DNA of 64,000 nt from an uncultured Myxococcota bacterium (GTDB lineage Bacteria > Myxococcota_A > UBA796): the NCBI GenBank assembly GCA_965661985.1, contig CBFIFY010000002.1, forward strand, positions 78,195 to 142,194, in the 5' to 3' direction. The position numbers and the translations under genes were made by a program. Below, one piece after another: positions 10,725 through 20,325 of the stretch (its first letter is position 1; each line of letters opens with the position of its first letter). The notes beneath the pieces were generated by a model that did not search any database, was not told the origin of the DNA, and saw nothing but the letters and a program-made list of their open reading frames with translations.

Positions 10725-13001
10725 ATGCGTATGTCATCCTGTTCCCTCGTTCTCAGTTTATCCCTCATCGCGTGTGGTGAAACCAAACCCGAAGCCGAAG
10801 ATACTGGATTGGAGCCAACTGTTGAACCCAGTGGAGAAGACACGGACACCGAAGACACCAATGACACTGAAGATACCCAAGACACACAAGATACAGAGGA
10901 CACCAGTGACACAGAGGATACAGAAGACCCCAATGAAGTGGACCAAGATGGTGACGGATACAGTCTCAATGATGGAGATTGCAACGATTTGGATGCGTCT
11001 CTCAATCTAAACGATGCTGACGGTGACGGACAGTCCTCCTGTGATGGAGACTGCAACGATACAGATCCGGATGTATACAATGGCGCGGAGGAACTCTGTG
11101 ATGGGCAGGTAAACGACTGTCAAGGTGCCACCACTCAGCCAACAGACGTTCCAGAAACAGAAATGGATTCTGATGGAGATGGATACGCCGTCTGTGAGGA
11201 TGACTGTGACGACAGCAACCCAGATGCCTTCCCCGGCGCTGCCTACAATGAATCAGCCACAGCCTGCATGATTGATGCAGATGGAGATGGCTACGGAGAG
11301 GACCTAGGCACCACAAATGTGGGGGGCTGTTGCTACGTCTTTGATATGGAAGACTCATGGGGCGACGGTTGGAATGGCGCATCCCTTGAAGTCTCTGTGA
11401 ACGGTGGAAACGTTGCCAGTGTATCCCTACCGGATGCAGGGTTGAGCAACCAAACTCAAACAGGTTCTGAAACGGTTTGCGTCACCAATGGAGACATGGT
11501 GGAAATCACTTTTGTGGGTGGTTCTTATGACTCTGAAATCAGTGTTTCCATTATAGATCCAGAAGGCAACCAGGTGTTTACAGGTGCCGACCCAGCAGAT
11601 GGTGTGGTCTACACTGGCAACGCTGTTTGTGAAGATGAGTCAGTGGTCACCGCTTCTGGAACGGACTGCGACGACACTGACCCTGCGGCTTATCCTGGCG
11701 CTCCTGAGGTGTGGTACAACGATGTGGACAACGATTGTGCGGGAGATTTAGCCGCAGACTTTGATCAAGATGGAGATGGTCAATCCGCTGATCAATATGG
11801 TGGGCAAGACTGTGATGACACCAACGCCAATGTATACACGGGTGCAGTCGAAAACCCCTCAGACGGCATTGACAACAACTGCAATGGAGACATTGACGAG
11901 GGCTTTGCCATTGAAACGATCGCTACTGGATTGTCTTACACCGATGGTCAACCCATCACCATTGATGTCGATTATTACGGCTTTGTACACATTGCATTTG
12001 AAGACAACGGCGATATCCAGTATGTCACCAACGCTTCTGGGTCTTGGAGTTCTGCAAGTACCGTCCCAACCGACGCATCTGCGAACAATGGTTTGCATCT
12101 CAAAGGCGTGGTGGATGGATTGGATCGTTTGCACCTTGCGTATTCAGCCTCAAACGGTAGCGATCATGAGGTCAGGTACATGAACTTGAACACCATCAAT
12201 GGCACTTGGTCCAGTGAATCTGATGTGTCTACGATCGGTTCAGGAACGTTGGATTCAGAATTTAGACTGGACATGGATGTAGACAGCACCAATTTCCCAA
12301 GCATCGTGTGGTTTGATCAAACCGACAGCACACCTTGGTTGTTGGACGCCAACAGTGTCTCTCCATTGCAAGGAGTAGAGTCTCAACTCGATGACAATTG
12401 TCAATTTGGTGCTTGCGTTGGGTATACAGGGTCCTACATCAGCCTAGCCATCGACAATTCCAACACCAATCACACTGTGTTCTACAACAATGTGGTCGGA
12501 CAAGAAAACCAGACCAATCAGGTCCCCGATCAGAGCGCTACACGTACCTGCAACACAAATTTCTTCACACCAGACGTAACCAGCATGTTTGTCGAAGAAG
12601 ATGGAGACGGCATCAACAACGATGTGGCAATCAAGCCTTATTCAAACAAGGCCGGTGTCGCCTACATGGACGCCACAACAATGGAACTGATGTACGCACA
12701 CAACACAACAGGTGGCTGTGGGGGCTGGACATATGAATTGATCGACGGAAACAATGCTGGTGAACACTTGTCTCTTGTGTATACGAGTGATGACCACCCA
12801 TACATTGCCTATTACACTAGTCAAACTGCAGACCTAAAGATTGCATCCAACAATGGAAGCGGCTGGGTTTATGAAACTGTTGATACATATGGAAACATTG
12901 GACAGTTTGTCGACATGACCATCGATGGCAATGACATGGTCCACATTGTCTATTTCGACGCGTCTACAGGCTCCATCAAGTATGCGACTGGGCAACTCTA
13001 A
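10725..13001 (+). CDS. secreted lipoprotein with acidic linker, MopE-like Cys-rich metal-binding motifs and C-terminal beta-propeller-like repeats
   Basis: ATG 10725 (GGAG upstream) gives MRMSSCSLVLSLSLIAC-G with a lipobox. It has an (E/D)-T low-complexity linker and four or more DC(N/D)D..P.(V/A)(Y/F)PGA.E..(D/N).(D/N)C motifs. A module carries DSWGDGWNG. It ends with repeated blades of the form ..Y(A/V)...(G/S)(S/G)W....V. Confidence 0.75.
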   Translation: MRMSSCSLVLSLSLIACGETKPEAEDTGLEPTVEPSGEDTDTEDTNDTEDTQDTQDTEDTSDTEDTEDPNEVDQDGDGYSLNDGDCNDLDASLNLNDADGDGQSSCDGDCNDTDPDVYNGAEELCDGQVNDCQGATTQPTDVPETEMDSDGDGYAVCEDDCDDSNPDAFPGAAYNESATACMIDADGDGYGEDLGTTNVGGCCYVFDMEDSWGDGWNGASLEVSVNGGNVASVSLPDAGLSNQTQTGSETVCVTNGDMVEITFVGGSYDSEISVSIIDPEGNQVFTGADPADGVVYTGNAVCEDESVVTASGTDCDDTDPAAYPGAPEVWYNDVDNDCAGDLAADFDQDGDGQSADQYGGQDCDDTNANVYTGAVENPSDGIDNNCNGDIDEGFAIETIATGLSYTDGQPITIDVDYYGFVHIAFEDNGDIQYVTNASGSWSSASTVPTDASANNGLHLKGVVDGLDRLHLAYSASNGSDHEVRYMNLNTINGTWSSESDVSTIGSGTLDSEFRLDMDVDSTNFPSIVWFDQTDSTPWLLDANSVSPLQGVESQLDDNCQFGACVGYTGSYISLAIDNSNTNHTVFYNNVVGQENQTNQVPDQSATRTCNTNFFTPDVTSMFVEEDGDGINNDVAIKPYSNKAGVAYMDATTMELMYAHNTTGGCGGWTYELIDGNNAGEHLSLVYTSDDHPYIAYYTSQTADLKIASNNGSGWVYETVDTYGNIGQFVDMTIDGNDMVHIVYFDASTGSIKYATGQL
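10835..10930 (+). repeat. imperfect GAY-ACN-type short tandem repeat encoding an acidic (D/E)-T linker
   Basis: The DNA reads gaagacacggacaccgaagacaccaatgacactgaagatacccaagacacacaagatacagaggacacc... It encodes EDTDTEDTNDTEDTQDTQDTEDTSDTEDTEDP. Confidence 0.8.
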
Positions 13002-13022
13002 GCGCAATAAAGAAAAAAGTAC

Positions 13023-14246
13023 TCACCACATCTTTGGTGAAAAGCGCACCATCAAGGGAAAGTGATCCGATGGATGCCAGCGATTGGGTGGAAAGTCACC
13101 ATTCTCAATCTTGGATTTTGCATCTTGAGAGATTGGTGGTACCACACCTGAACATTCATATTTGTTGGAGCGCATCCACACTTGGTCCAAAGCGTATTTG
13201 CCGATGTATGGCTTCGGTTTGGGCAGTTCAATGTCCACCCGCAACAAATCATTGAATACCGCCCAATGCTTTCCCGATTCAACTTCTTGGAGATAGACAT
13301 CCACGAAGTCATTTCGACTCAAGCCCTGTTCCGTGATCTTTTCAAGCGCATTTCGATATTCGGACCCCCGTAGTTCAAGGTTGATGTCGCAAATCCACCG
13401 CTCCACTTCTTCTAATGTCATATACGTTGAATCCGCTGAGTATCGTTCAAACAGTGCGTTCAAAGCCCCAATAAACTCCGATTTGGGTGTTCGTTTTCTC
13501 CAGTGAACCATCGAGTCTGCCGAGTTGCGCACCCACATCGTGGTTGAATCTGTCACATGACGATACACCTCCCGAAACCGTCCCATCCAGTGTTCTTTGA
13601 CTTTGGAAGTAATCTCAACGGTTGGGTAACGCGTTTCTCGAAACCGAGGCTCAACAATACCATCTTCTAGAAATCTCAGCACTGCGGTTCCTTCGGAAGA
13701 AGAATTGAAGTCTCCACTGAACAACACCATGTCCAACGCAAATCTATTCTTCAGTTTTTCAACTTGCTTCATGGCTTTGGCGACTTGTTGAAACCGTTCT
13801 TTTGGATGACGTCCTGCGCTCAAATGACAATTGACCAAACACAGCAACAAACCAGACTGTTCTCGCAACACCACGACCAATGTGCGGTTCAAATGGTAGT
13901 CCGCCAACAGTTCAAACCGCTCCTTTTTCCATGCTGTGACCATGGCTATCCGTGCCCGTTTGTGACAGAGCAACTCATGAGAGTTGGTTAAGAAATCCAA
14001 ATCCTTTTCATATGTTGCCAACGCACACTCTTGAAATGTAAACAAATCAATCGTCACAGAAATCTGATGTTGCAATAATGACTTTCGATGTGCCCAAAGA
14101 CGTTCTTCTAAGGGCGTTTTTGGATGATAATACTTGTACACCCACCATCCTTGTTCAGAATTGGGCAACAAAATATTGTAGGACATCAAGGAAATGTCTT
14201 CGGGATCACGATTGAGATCTGTTGGTGCGATTACAAACATGGGCAA
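13023..14246 (-). CDS. endonuclease/exonuclease/phosphatase (EEP) family protein, CCR4/nocturnin-like, with large internal insertion
   Basis: All EEP catalytic motifs are present in order: LMSYNIL, FTFQECA, LVNCHL, FSGDFNSS, LDQVW, HPSDHFPLMVRF. About 165 aa lie between GDFN and DxVW. No signal peptide. Confidence 0.8.
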   Translation of the reverse strand: MPMFVIAPTDLNRDPEDISLMSYNILLPNSEQGWWVYKYYHPKTPLEERLWAHRKSLLQHQISVTIDLFTFQECALATYEKDLDFLTNSHELLCHKRARIAMVTAWKKERFELLADYHLNRTLVVVLREQSGLLLCLVNCHLSAGRHPKERFQQVAKAMKQVEKLKNRFALDMVLFSGDFNSSSEGTAVLRFLEDGIVEPRFRETRYPTVEITSKVKEHWMGRFREVYRHVTDSTTMWVRNSADSMVHWRKRTPKSEFIGALNALFERYSADSTYMTLEEVERWICDINLELRGSEYRNALEKITEQGLSRNDFVDVYLQEVESGKHWAVFNDLLRVDIELPKPKPYIGKYALDQVWMRSNKYECSGVVPPISQDAKSKIENGDFPPNRWHPSDHFPLMVRFSPKMW

Positions 14247-14354
14247 ATCTAAGTCTTGTTGGAAAAGGTCGAAAAATTGTATAGTACCTTAGCACAGTTC
14301 GAAATAGATATACACCATCGACAATATAGAAGACGACAACCCACAGGATTCAAC

Positions 14355-17153
14355 ATGCGTTTCATCAGCCTATCCACTCCCCTTGCATTGCTCCTTGCCT
14401 GCGGTGAAAAAGCGCCCGCAACACAAAACGATACCGGCTCAGTGACCGAAGAAGAAGAAATCACCTATGAATCTGGTTGTTTTGTTGTAGATGGTGGAGA
14501 TGGCTACAAATATCTCAATGACGCGATTGCTGTTGCCGATGAGGGATCACAAATTAGCCCCGTTGGATGTACCTCATTTGAGCATGAAGAAAAAGTCATC
14601 ATCGACAAGGCAGTTCGACTGGTTGGTGTAGGCCAAGATCGATTTACGCTCGTAGCCCCCGTCAACGAAACCGCCATCACCATTGTCGCAGATGGCGTTG
14701 AAATTTCAGATTTAAGCGTGCAATCCACTCGAAGTGGTATTTCTGTGGAAGGAGCCAACGACGTTTACCTACACGACATGACCATTTCTGAGGTCGGAAA
14801 CTTTGCCATCAAAAGCACTGGGAGTGAGTTGGAACTCGAAAATCTAACTCTGTGGAACAATCAGGATGGAGCTGTAAGCGTAGACGGAGGTTCCATAACC
14901 GCGACGGGACTGGACGTACGAGGAAATGTTGGAAACAGCATCCTCATTGGTGGTGGTGCACTCTTCAACTTATCAGACTCAGAAGTCGTCGAAGCACAAC
15001 CCACAGACCCAGCATCCATTTCCGATGGATTTGGTGTGTACATCGATGGGGGTTCGACCTTCATCAGTTCAAACAACCTCTACGATGGCAACACACTCAT
15101 GGGCGTACAATCCGTCGATGGTACAATTGATATGAGCAACGACGTTGTGTCTGGATCGTTGTCAACAGGTGTCTGGGCTGAGGGACCAGGTTCTATGACG
15201 CTTAACGATGTCACGTTGGACGGCAACTTGACATATGGAATTATCAACATGGCAACTGGTGAACTGTCACTGAGCAATGTCACAATTTCCGTAGATCCTT
15301 TGATGAGCCCATCTTATGACATTGAAACGTGGGAAGATTCTGGTTTTGGCTCAATGGGGTTGTTTTCGAACTCTCCAAAAGTCACCCTCGATGGCGTAGA
15401 AATCACTGGATACAACAACTGTGGTGCAAACCTTCAATCTGACGGCACAGGGGAGATCACTGTTGAGGGATTCAACATCCACGACGTTGGGCGTAAAGGA
15501 TTGGTGATTGCAGGCCACAACGGTACAATGAACAATGTTGTACTCAAAAACATCTTTGATCTCGATGGAAATTCCAGCAAAGAACCCGACGAAGATGGCA
15601 ATGTGGCCGATTACGAAACATTCTGTCAACAAGTCGATCGAAACGCAGCAGCAGCAATCATCACCAGTGACCTCACCGTCAGCAATGTTCTAACCACAGA
15701 CATTGAAGGATTTGGGTGGAGCATTATCCAAGCCAACGTTGACATGGATACCGCCTATGCTGCAAACAACACCTGTTCATCCTTCCTCGCGTTCCAAGGT
15801 GGACTGCAAGCGCGCAATATCGAAGTTGCCAACAACAATTTTGAGTACGACGGACTGGGTTCTGGAGTGGTGGGATATTCAGCGACGCTATTGTCTGTCG
15901 AAAACTCAACCTTTAATGGCGATACCGAAGAGGTTTTGGACATCAGTGCGTTCTTGTACGACTCTACCGGTATCTTCACCAACAACACCTTTACTGGTGG
16001 TGGAATTGGGGTGTATTCTAACGAAAGCAGCATCGAATCAAGCAACAATAGTTATTCCAACCATGTGGGATATTCGGCTTTTATGTCTGGTGAAAGTGCC
16101 AATGGCTCAACACACCAATTTGTGAATGATGTGTTCATGACTTCTGAAGGTTCCACTGCATCAGGCACACCGATTTATTGTTCGGATGCTGGTACAGTGG
16201 AGGTAGACACAAGTACTTTTAGTGATGTTTCAGCAACGTATGCATTATACTTCGGTGGTTGTGACTCTGAGATTGAAAACACAACGTTCTCGAACATCGC
16301 CAGTTACTCCATCTATGGATATGAAGGAAATCACGACATTTCCACCAGTACCTTTACCAATGTCAATACCGTAGGAACCAGTGGATCGGCATTGTACTTC
16401 TTTGGAAGTCAAGCCATGAACGTCAGCGTGTCGGATGTAAGCATTGAAAACAGTGGCGGTGATGGCATCTACACCTTTGGGCTTGGTGGCGAAACAAATC
16501 CCATGCTTGTAGATTTGAATGGAATCGAACTCCAAAACATTTCTGACGATGCCCTCTTCGTGTACGGTGGACAAGCCTACGTTGAAGACGTCACCGTCAA
16601 TGGTGCCAGTCAAGGATTGTATGCTGAAAGTGCTACAGTCGACATGGTGTTGAGTACCATTGAGAACGCGACTGAATCAGGGGTCAATTTTCTGAACTCT
16701 ACAATGAACATAGATACAGTCACCATCACCACAACTGGAGAACATGGCATTGAAGCATCTGGTGGAACACTAACCGGTAGCAATATTCAGGTAAGCGACG
16801 CAACCGAATCCGGACTGTTCGGCGACAATGGACTGGATCTCACGCTGACCACCTCAAGTTTTACAAACGGTCTTTATGGGATTCAACTTGAAGGCACGGA
16901 GACACTGCCAGTAGCTTTTGCCATCAGTGACACAACGATGACCCTCAACGGGATGTCGGGAGCAAGTTTGACTTACGCCAATGGAACATTTGACAGTTCA
17001 ACCGCCAACAACAACCAAGAAATGGGTATGGAATGCACAGAGGCAACCTTCACCAGTTGCAGTGGAAATGACTTGACCAGCAACCTCTTGGGCGAGCAGA
17101 CAGGGTGTGACACGGCTTGTGGGACAGAAGCCAATCCAACTGCTGCAGAATAG
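14355..17153 (+). CDS. secreted lipoprotein with right-handed parallel beta-helix repeats
   Basis: ATG 14355 gives MRFISLSTPLALLLAC-G with a lipobox. It has dozens of ~22-25-aa repeats with the N-x-x-(I/V/L)-x-G / (V/I)-x-(V/I/L) periodicity typical of PbH1/pectate-lyase-fold proteins, and a Cys-rich C-terminus. Confidence 0.75.
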   Translation: MRFISLSTPLALLLACGEKAPATQNDTGSVTEEEEITYESGCFVVDGGDGYKYLNDAIAVADEGSQISPVGCTSFEHEEKVIIDKAVRLVGVGQDRFTLVAPVNETAITIVADGVEISDLSVQSTRSGISVEGANDVYLHDMTISEVGNFAIKSTGSELELENLTLWNNQDGAVSVDGGSITATGLDVRGNVGNSILIGGGALFNLSDSEVVEAQPTDPASISDGFGVYIDGGSTFISSNNLYDGNTLMGVQSVDGTIDMSNDVVSGSLSTGVWAEGPGSMTLNDVTLDGNLTYGIINMATGELSLSNVTISVDPLMSPSYDIETWEDSGFGSMGLFSNSPKVTLDGVEITGYNNCGANLQSDGTGEITVEGFNIHDVGRKGLVIAGHNGTMNNVVLKNIFDLDGNSSKEPDEDGNVADYETFCQQVDRNAAAAIITSDLTVSNVLTTDIEGFGWSIIQANVDMDTAYAANNTCSSFLAFQGGLQARNIEVANNNFEYDGLGSGVVGYSATLLSVENSTFNGDTEEVLDISAFLYDSTGIFTNNTFTGGGIGVYSNESSIESSNNSYSNHVGYSAFMSGESANGSTHQFVNDVFMTSEGSTASGTPIYCSDAGTVEVDTSTFSDVSATYALYFGGCDSEIENTTFSNIASYSIYGYEGNHDISTSTFTNVNTVGTSGSALYFFGSQAMNVSVSDVSIENSGGDGIYTFGLGGETNPMLVDLNGIELQNISDDALFVYGGQAYVEDVTVNGASQGLYAESATVDMVLSTIENATESGVNFLNSTMNIDTVTITTTGEHGIEASGGTLTGSNIQVSDATESGLFGDNGLDLTLTTSSFTNGLYGIQLEGTETLPVAFAISDTTMTLNGMSGASLTYANGTFDSSTANNNQEMGMECTEATFTSCSGNDLTSNLLGEQTGCDTACGTEANPTAAE

Positions 17154-17166
17154 ATTAAAATACTGT

Positions 17167-18222
17167 TTAGCGCTTGACGCCCATTGCCGCGAATGTCTCA
17201 TTGTTTCGAACAATTCGGCGAATGTGGCAGTCTAAGTAGCCGTGTTCAATGAACCAAGACTGCAACTCTTCCCCTTTGAACCATCGAGTCACTGGAAAGC
17301 GCAATCGATCATAAATATCGGCAACAACGATATCAAAGGGCCATTGGTGGTGATCGTGCAACGGAAGATGGCTCACGACGGAATGCCCAACTGGAATATG
17401 ACGGAATGCTCGATACGGTGTGTGTGAACCAAATCGAACCAATCGAGCAATCCATCGACTCAATTTCAACAATTCATCGTGGCTCATCGGTGTTGTCATC
17501 CCACGCAAGGCATTGTTCACCAGCAGTGTCAATCCCTGTCTTGGTCCATACACCCAAAGATTCAATGTCCCCCCTGAACCCAAGATTCGATGTGCTTCTT
17601 CCATAATGTCAAATGGATTTTCCGTATGGTGTAAAACGCCAAAAGAATACACTCGATCAACGGTGGAATCTTGCAGTGGCAACCTTGACGCATCAGCCTG
17701 AATCACGTGAACATGTTGAAAGTTTTTTGTGTTTTCTTGCGTCATCCGAACCGCATCTTCACTGTGATCAATGGCAATTACTTCTGCCCCGTACCGAGCT
17801 GCAAAATACACATGTCTACCATAGCCACACCCCACATCCACAACCGTGCGTCCCAAAAAGTCATCTTTGACCAATGGAGCTTGTAGGTCTTTAAAATTCT
17901 CTTCCCAAGCAGAAATATCGGTCAGATTTTCCAACTGGGTATAGCGGTGAGCCGAGGCTTCAATCTCCGGTTGGTTGTCCAGCAACAGTCGAGGAATCCC
18001 ATCTCGAATCTCAAAGTTTGCGGGGCAAAGGGTACAGTGCAACACACCTTCGACAACGTCAATCTCTTCTGAGGTCGCCAGGGATACCCCTTCTGGAACG
18101 CCCCGTGTCGATACAAAACTGCTAGCCCATCTTTTGTGGGTCATTTCCTTATGGCTCTCAACGGTAAATCCACCCTTTTGGCACGCAGGACAGAGTAGGT
18201 GTTTCACTAAACGGTATTTCAT
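17167..18222 (-). CDS. class I SAM-dependent methyltransferase with N-terminal Trm112-like zinc ribbon
   Basis: CPACQ...CTLCP zinc-ribbon pairs with EIRDGIPRLL (Trm112-like), followed by SAM motif I VVDVGCGYGRH and motif II VHVIQADA. Confidence 0.8.
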   Translation of the reverse strand: MKYRLVKHLLCPACQKGGFTVESHKEMTHKRWASSFVSTRGVPEGVSLATSEEIDVVEGVLHCTLCPANFEIRDGIPRLLLDNQPEIEASAHRYTQLENLTDISAWEENFKDLQAPLVKDDFLGRTVVDVGCGYGRHVYFAARYGAEVIAIDHSEDAVRMTQENTKNFQHVHVIQADASRLPLQDSTVDRVYSFGVLHHTENPFDIMEEAHRILGSGGTLNLWVYGPRQGLTLLVNNALRGMTTPMSHDELLKLSRWIARLVRFGSHTPYRAFRHIPVGHSVVSHLPLHDHHQWPFDIVVADIYDRLRFPVTRWFKGEELQSWFIEHGYLDCHIRRIVRNNETFAAMGVKR

Positions 18223-18381
18223 ATCGCCTCCAACCTAAGCAACATAACACAAGGAATGCATCGTGTCGGTTCGTCAAGGCAATCGTTTTCGGTTAAGAAA
18301 TCCCTAAATGTCACCAAATGTTTCACAGACAACATTTTACTCGGACCACTAACCACAGATACCAATGGGAAAGAGAAGCAC

Positions 18382-20265
18382 ATGAGCACAACACAAACAT
18401 TGTCCAACGTCGTTATTCGCTTCGCTGGAGATTCTGGCGATGGGATGCAGTTGACAGGAACCCAGTTCACCGACACCTCTGCAATCCATGGAAATGACTT
18501 GGCAACATTTCCGGACTATCCGGCAGAAATTCGTGCACCAGCCGGAACCTTAAATGGTGTCTCTGGATTTCAGTTGCACTTCTCGTCCAATGATATTTTG
18601 ACTCCAGGTGACTCTCCTTCCGTCCTTGTTGCCATGAATGCTGCCGCGTTAAAAACAAACCTGCCAACAATTAAAGCGGGTGCAATGATCATTGTCAACA
18701 CAGATAAATTTGGCAAACGGGATCTGGAATTGGCTGAATACGACAGCAATCCTTTGGAAGATGGCTCACTCGATGATTATCAACTCGTAAAGGTACCGCT
18801 GTCATCACTGAGCAAAGCATCGGTGGAGGATACTGGGCTCAAAACAAAAGAAGCAGATCGTTGTAAAAACTTCTTCGCACTCGGCATGTGCTATTGGTTG
18901 TATTCAAGGGATATGAAGCACACCAAGGAGTGGATTGACAATAAGTTCAAGCCCCCCTACTCTACTGCAAATCTCAAGGCTCTTGAGGCTGGTTGGTCTT
19001 TTGCAGATACGCTAGAAATCTTGCCAAACAATTATGAAATCCCCCCCGCCAAACTGACCCCAGGTGTGTACCGAAACATCACAGGAAACCATGCGCTTGC
19101 TTTGGGTTTTGTCACCGCAGGTCACTTGTCTGGACTACAACTCTTTCAAGGCGCCTACCCCATCACCCCTGCTTCTGATGTCTTGCACTTTTTGTCGAAA
19201 TATAAAGCGCACAACGTACTGACCTTTCAAGCAGAAGATGAAATTGCCGCCATTTCTGCAAGTATCGGTGCGGCATTTGGTGGTTCATTGGCAATTACCA
19301 CTTCTTCTGGTCCAGGTATTGCCCTCAAAGGCGAGGCCATCGGTTTGGCGACCATCACCGAGTTGCCTTTGGTGATTGTAGACATTCAACGTGGCGGTCC
19401 TTCAACTGGATTGCCAACCAAAACCGAGCAGTCGGATTTGAACATCGCGGTATTTGGACGCCATGGAGAATCTCCCATCCCAGTAATTGCAGCGGGCACA
19501 CCTTCTGACTGTTTTGATGTGGCTGTTGAAGCCGCCAAGGTCGCCGTTGAATTTCGGATGCCGGTCATGGTGTTGACAGATGGATACCTCGCCAATGGTT
19601 CTGAACCTTGGAAACTACCAGAAATTGGGAATCTTCCGTCCATCACACCAAACCATGAACCAGCGCGACATTCTGGAGAGGCTTTTCTTCCATACGAAAG
19701 AGATTCTGAGACGTTGGCTCGCCCTTGGGCAATTCCTGGCACACCTGGTCTTGATCATCGAATCGGTGGTTTGGAAAAGCAGGATGGAACGGGAAATGTA
19801 TCCTACGATCCAAACAATCACGAGCACATGTCTCACATTCGTCAAGCCAAGGTCGACAAGATTCAATCCATTATTGAAGATGTTGAGGTCTTCGGACACA
19901 CAGATGGTCTATTGATCGTCACTTGGGGCTCTCCGTTCGGTGCCGTTCGATCTGCCGTGACGGCTGAACTCAATGCCGGAAAGAAGATTGGACACGTCCA
20001 CCTCAGATGGATCAACCCACTGCCTCCAAACTTGAAATCAGTACTGCAAAAAGCCAAACGCGTTGTCACTGCAGAACTCAACTTGGGTCAACTCAAGCGA
20101 TATCTTCAAGGAGAGTACGCAATCAAACTCGACTGCATCAGCAAAATCCAAGGACAGCCCTTTCAGATTGAAGAGCTGCAAGCACAAATCGCCAAATATT
20201 ACGCTCAAGTTGAAAACCAAGAAGAAGAAGAAGAATCTTCCGAAGACTCCTCCTCTGAGGCATAA
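18382..20265 (+). CDS. korA: 2-oxoglutarate:ferredoxin (2-oxoacid:acceptor) oxidoreductase, alpha subunit
   Basis: MSTTQTLSNVVIRFAGDSGDGMQLTG, GAYPITPASD and QAEDEIAA are motifs of two-subunit KorAB-type enzymes. ATG 18382 is preferred over the track start at 18256. Acidic tail EEEEESSEDSSSEA. Confidence 0.9.
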   Translation: MSTTQTLSNVVIRFAGDSGDGMQLTGTQFTDTSAIHGNDLATFPDYPAEIRAPAGTLNGVSGFQLHFSSNDILTPGDSPSVLVAMNAAALKTNLPTIKAGAMIIVNTDKFGKRDLELAEYDSNPLEDGSLDDYQLVKVPLSSLSKASVEDTGLKTKEADRCKNFFALGMCYWLYSRDMKHTKEWIDNKFKPPYSTANLKALEAGWSFADTLEILPNNYEIPPAKLTPGVYRNITGNHALALGFVTAGHLSGLQLFQGAYPITPASDVLHFLSKYKAHNVLTFQAEDEIAAISASIGAAFGGSLAITTSSGPGIALKGEAIGLATITELPLVIVDIQRGGPSTGLPTKTEQSDLNIAVFGRHGESPIPVIAAGTPSDCFDVAVEAAKVAVEFRMPVMVLTDGYLANGSEPWKLPEIGNLPSITPNHEPARHSGEAFLPYERDSETLARPWAIPGTPGLDHRIGGLEKQDGTGNVSYDPNNHEHMSHIRQAKVDKIQSIIEDVEVFGHTDGLLIVTWGSPFGAVRSAVTAELNAGKKIGHVHLRWINPLPPNLKSVLQKAKRVVTAELNLGQLKRYLQGEYAIKLDCISKIQGQPFQIEELQAQIAKYYAQVENQEEEEESSEDSSSEA

Positions 20266-20325
20266 GACCTTTCGTGACTATCGTCCCCACCTGTTTTACA
20301 GAAATTTCCGTATTTTGGAGCATTC

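Noticed and set aside
10541-11080. The 537-aa ORF (9467..11080) suggests a long Ser/Val-rich N-terminal extension on the aldo/keto reductase.
   Set aside because: The extension is the antisense reading of the Asp/Thr/Glu-rich linker and Cys-rich motifs of the 10725..13001 gene. The AKR family N-terminus (MLYRMMGNTGLQVS) begins at ATG 10540 with a GGAG RBS.
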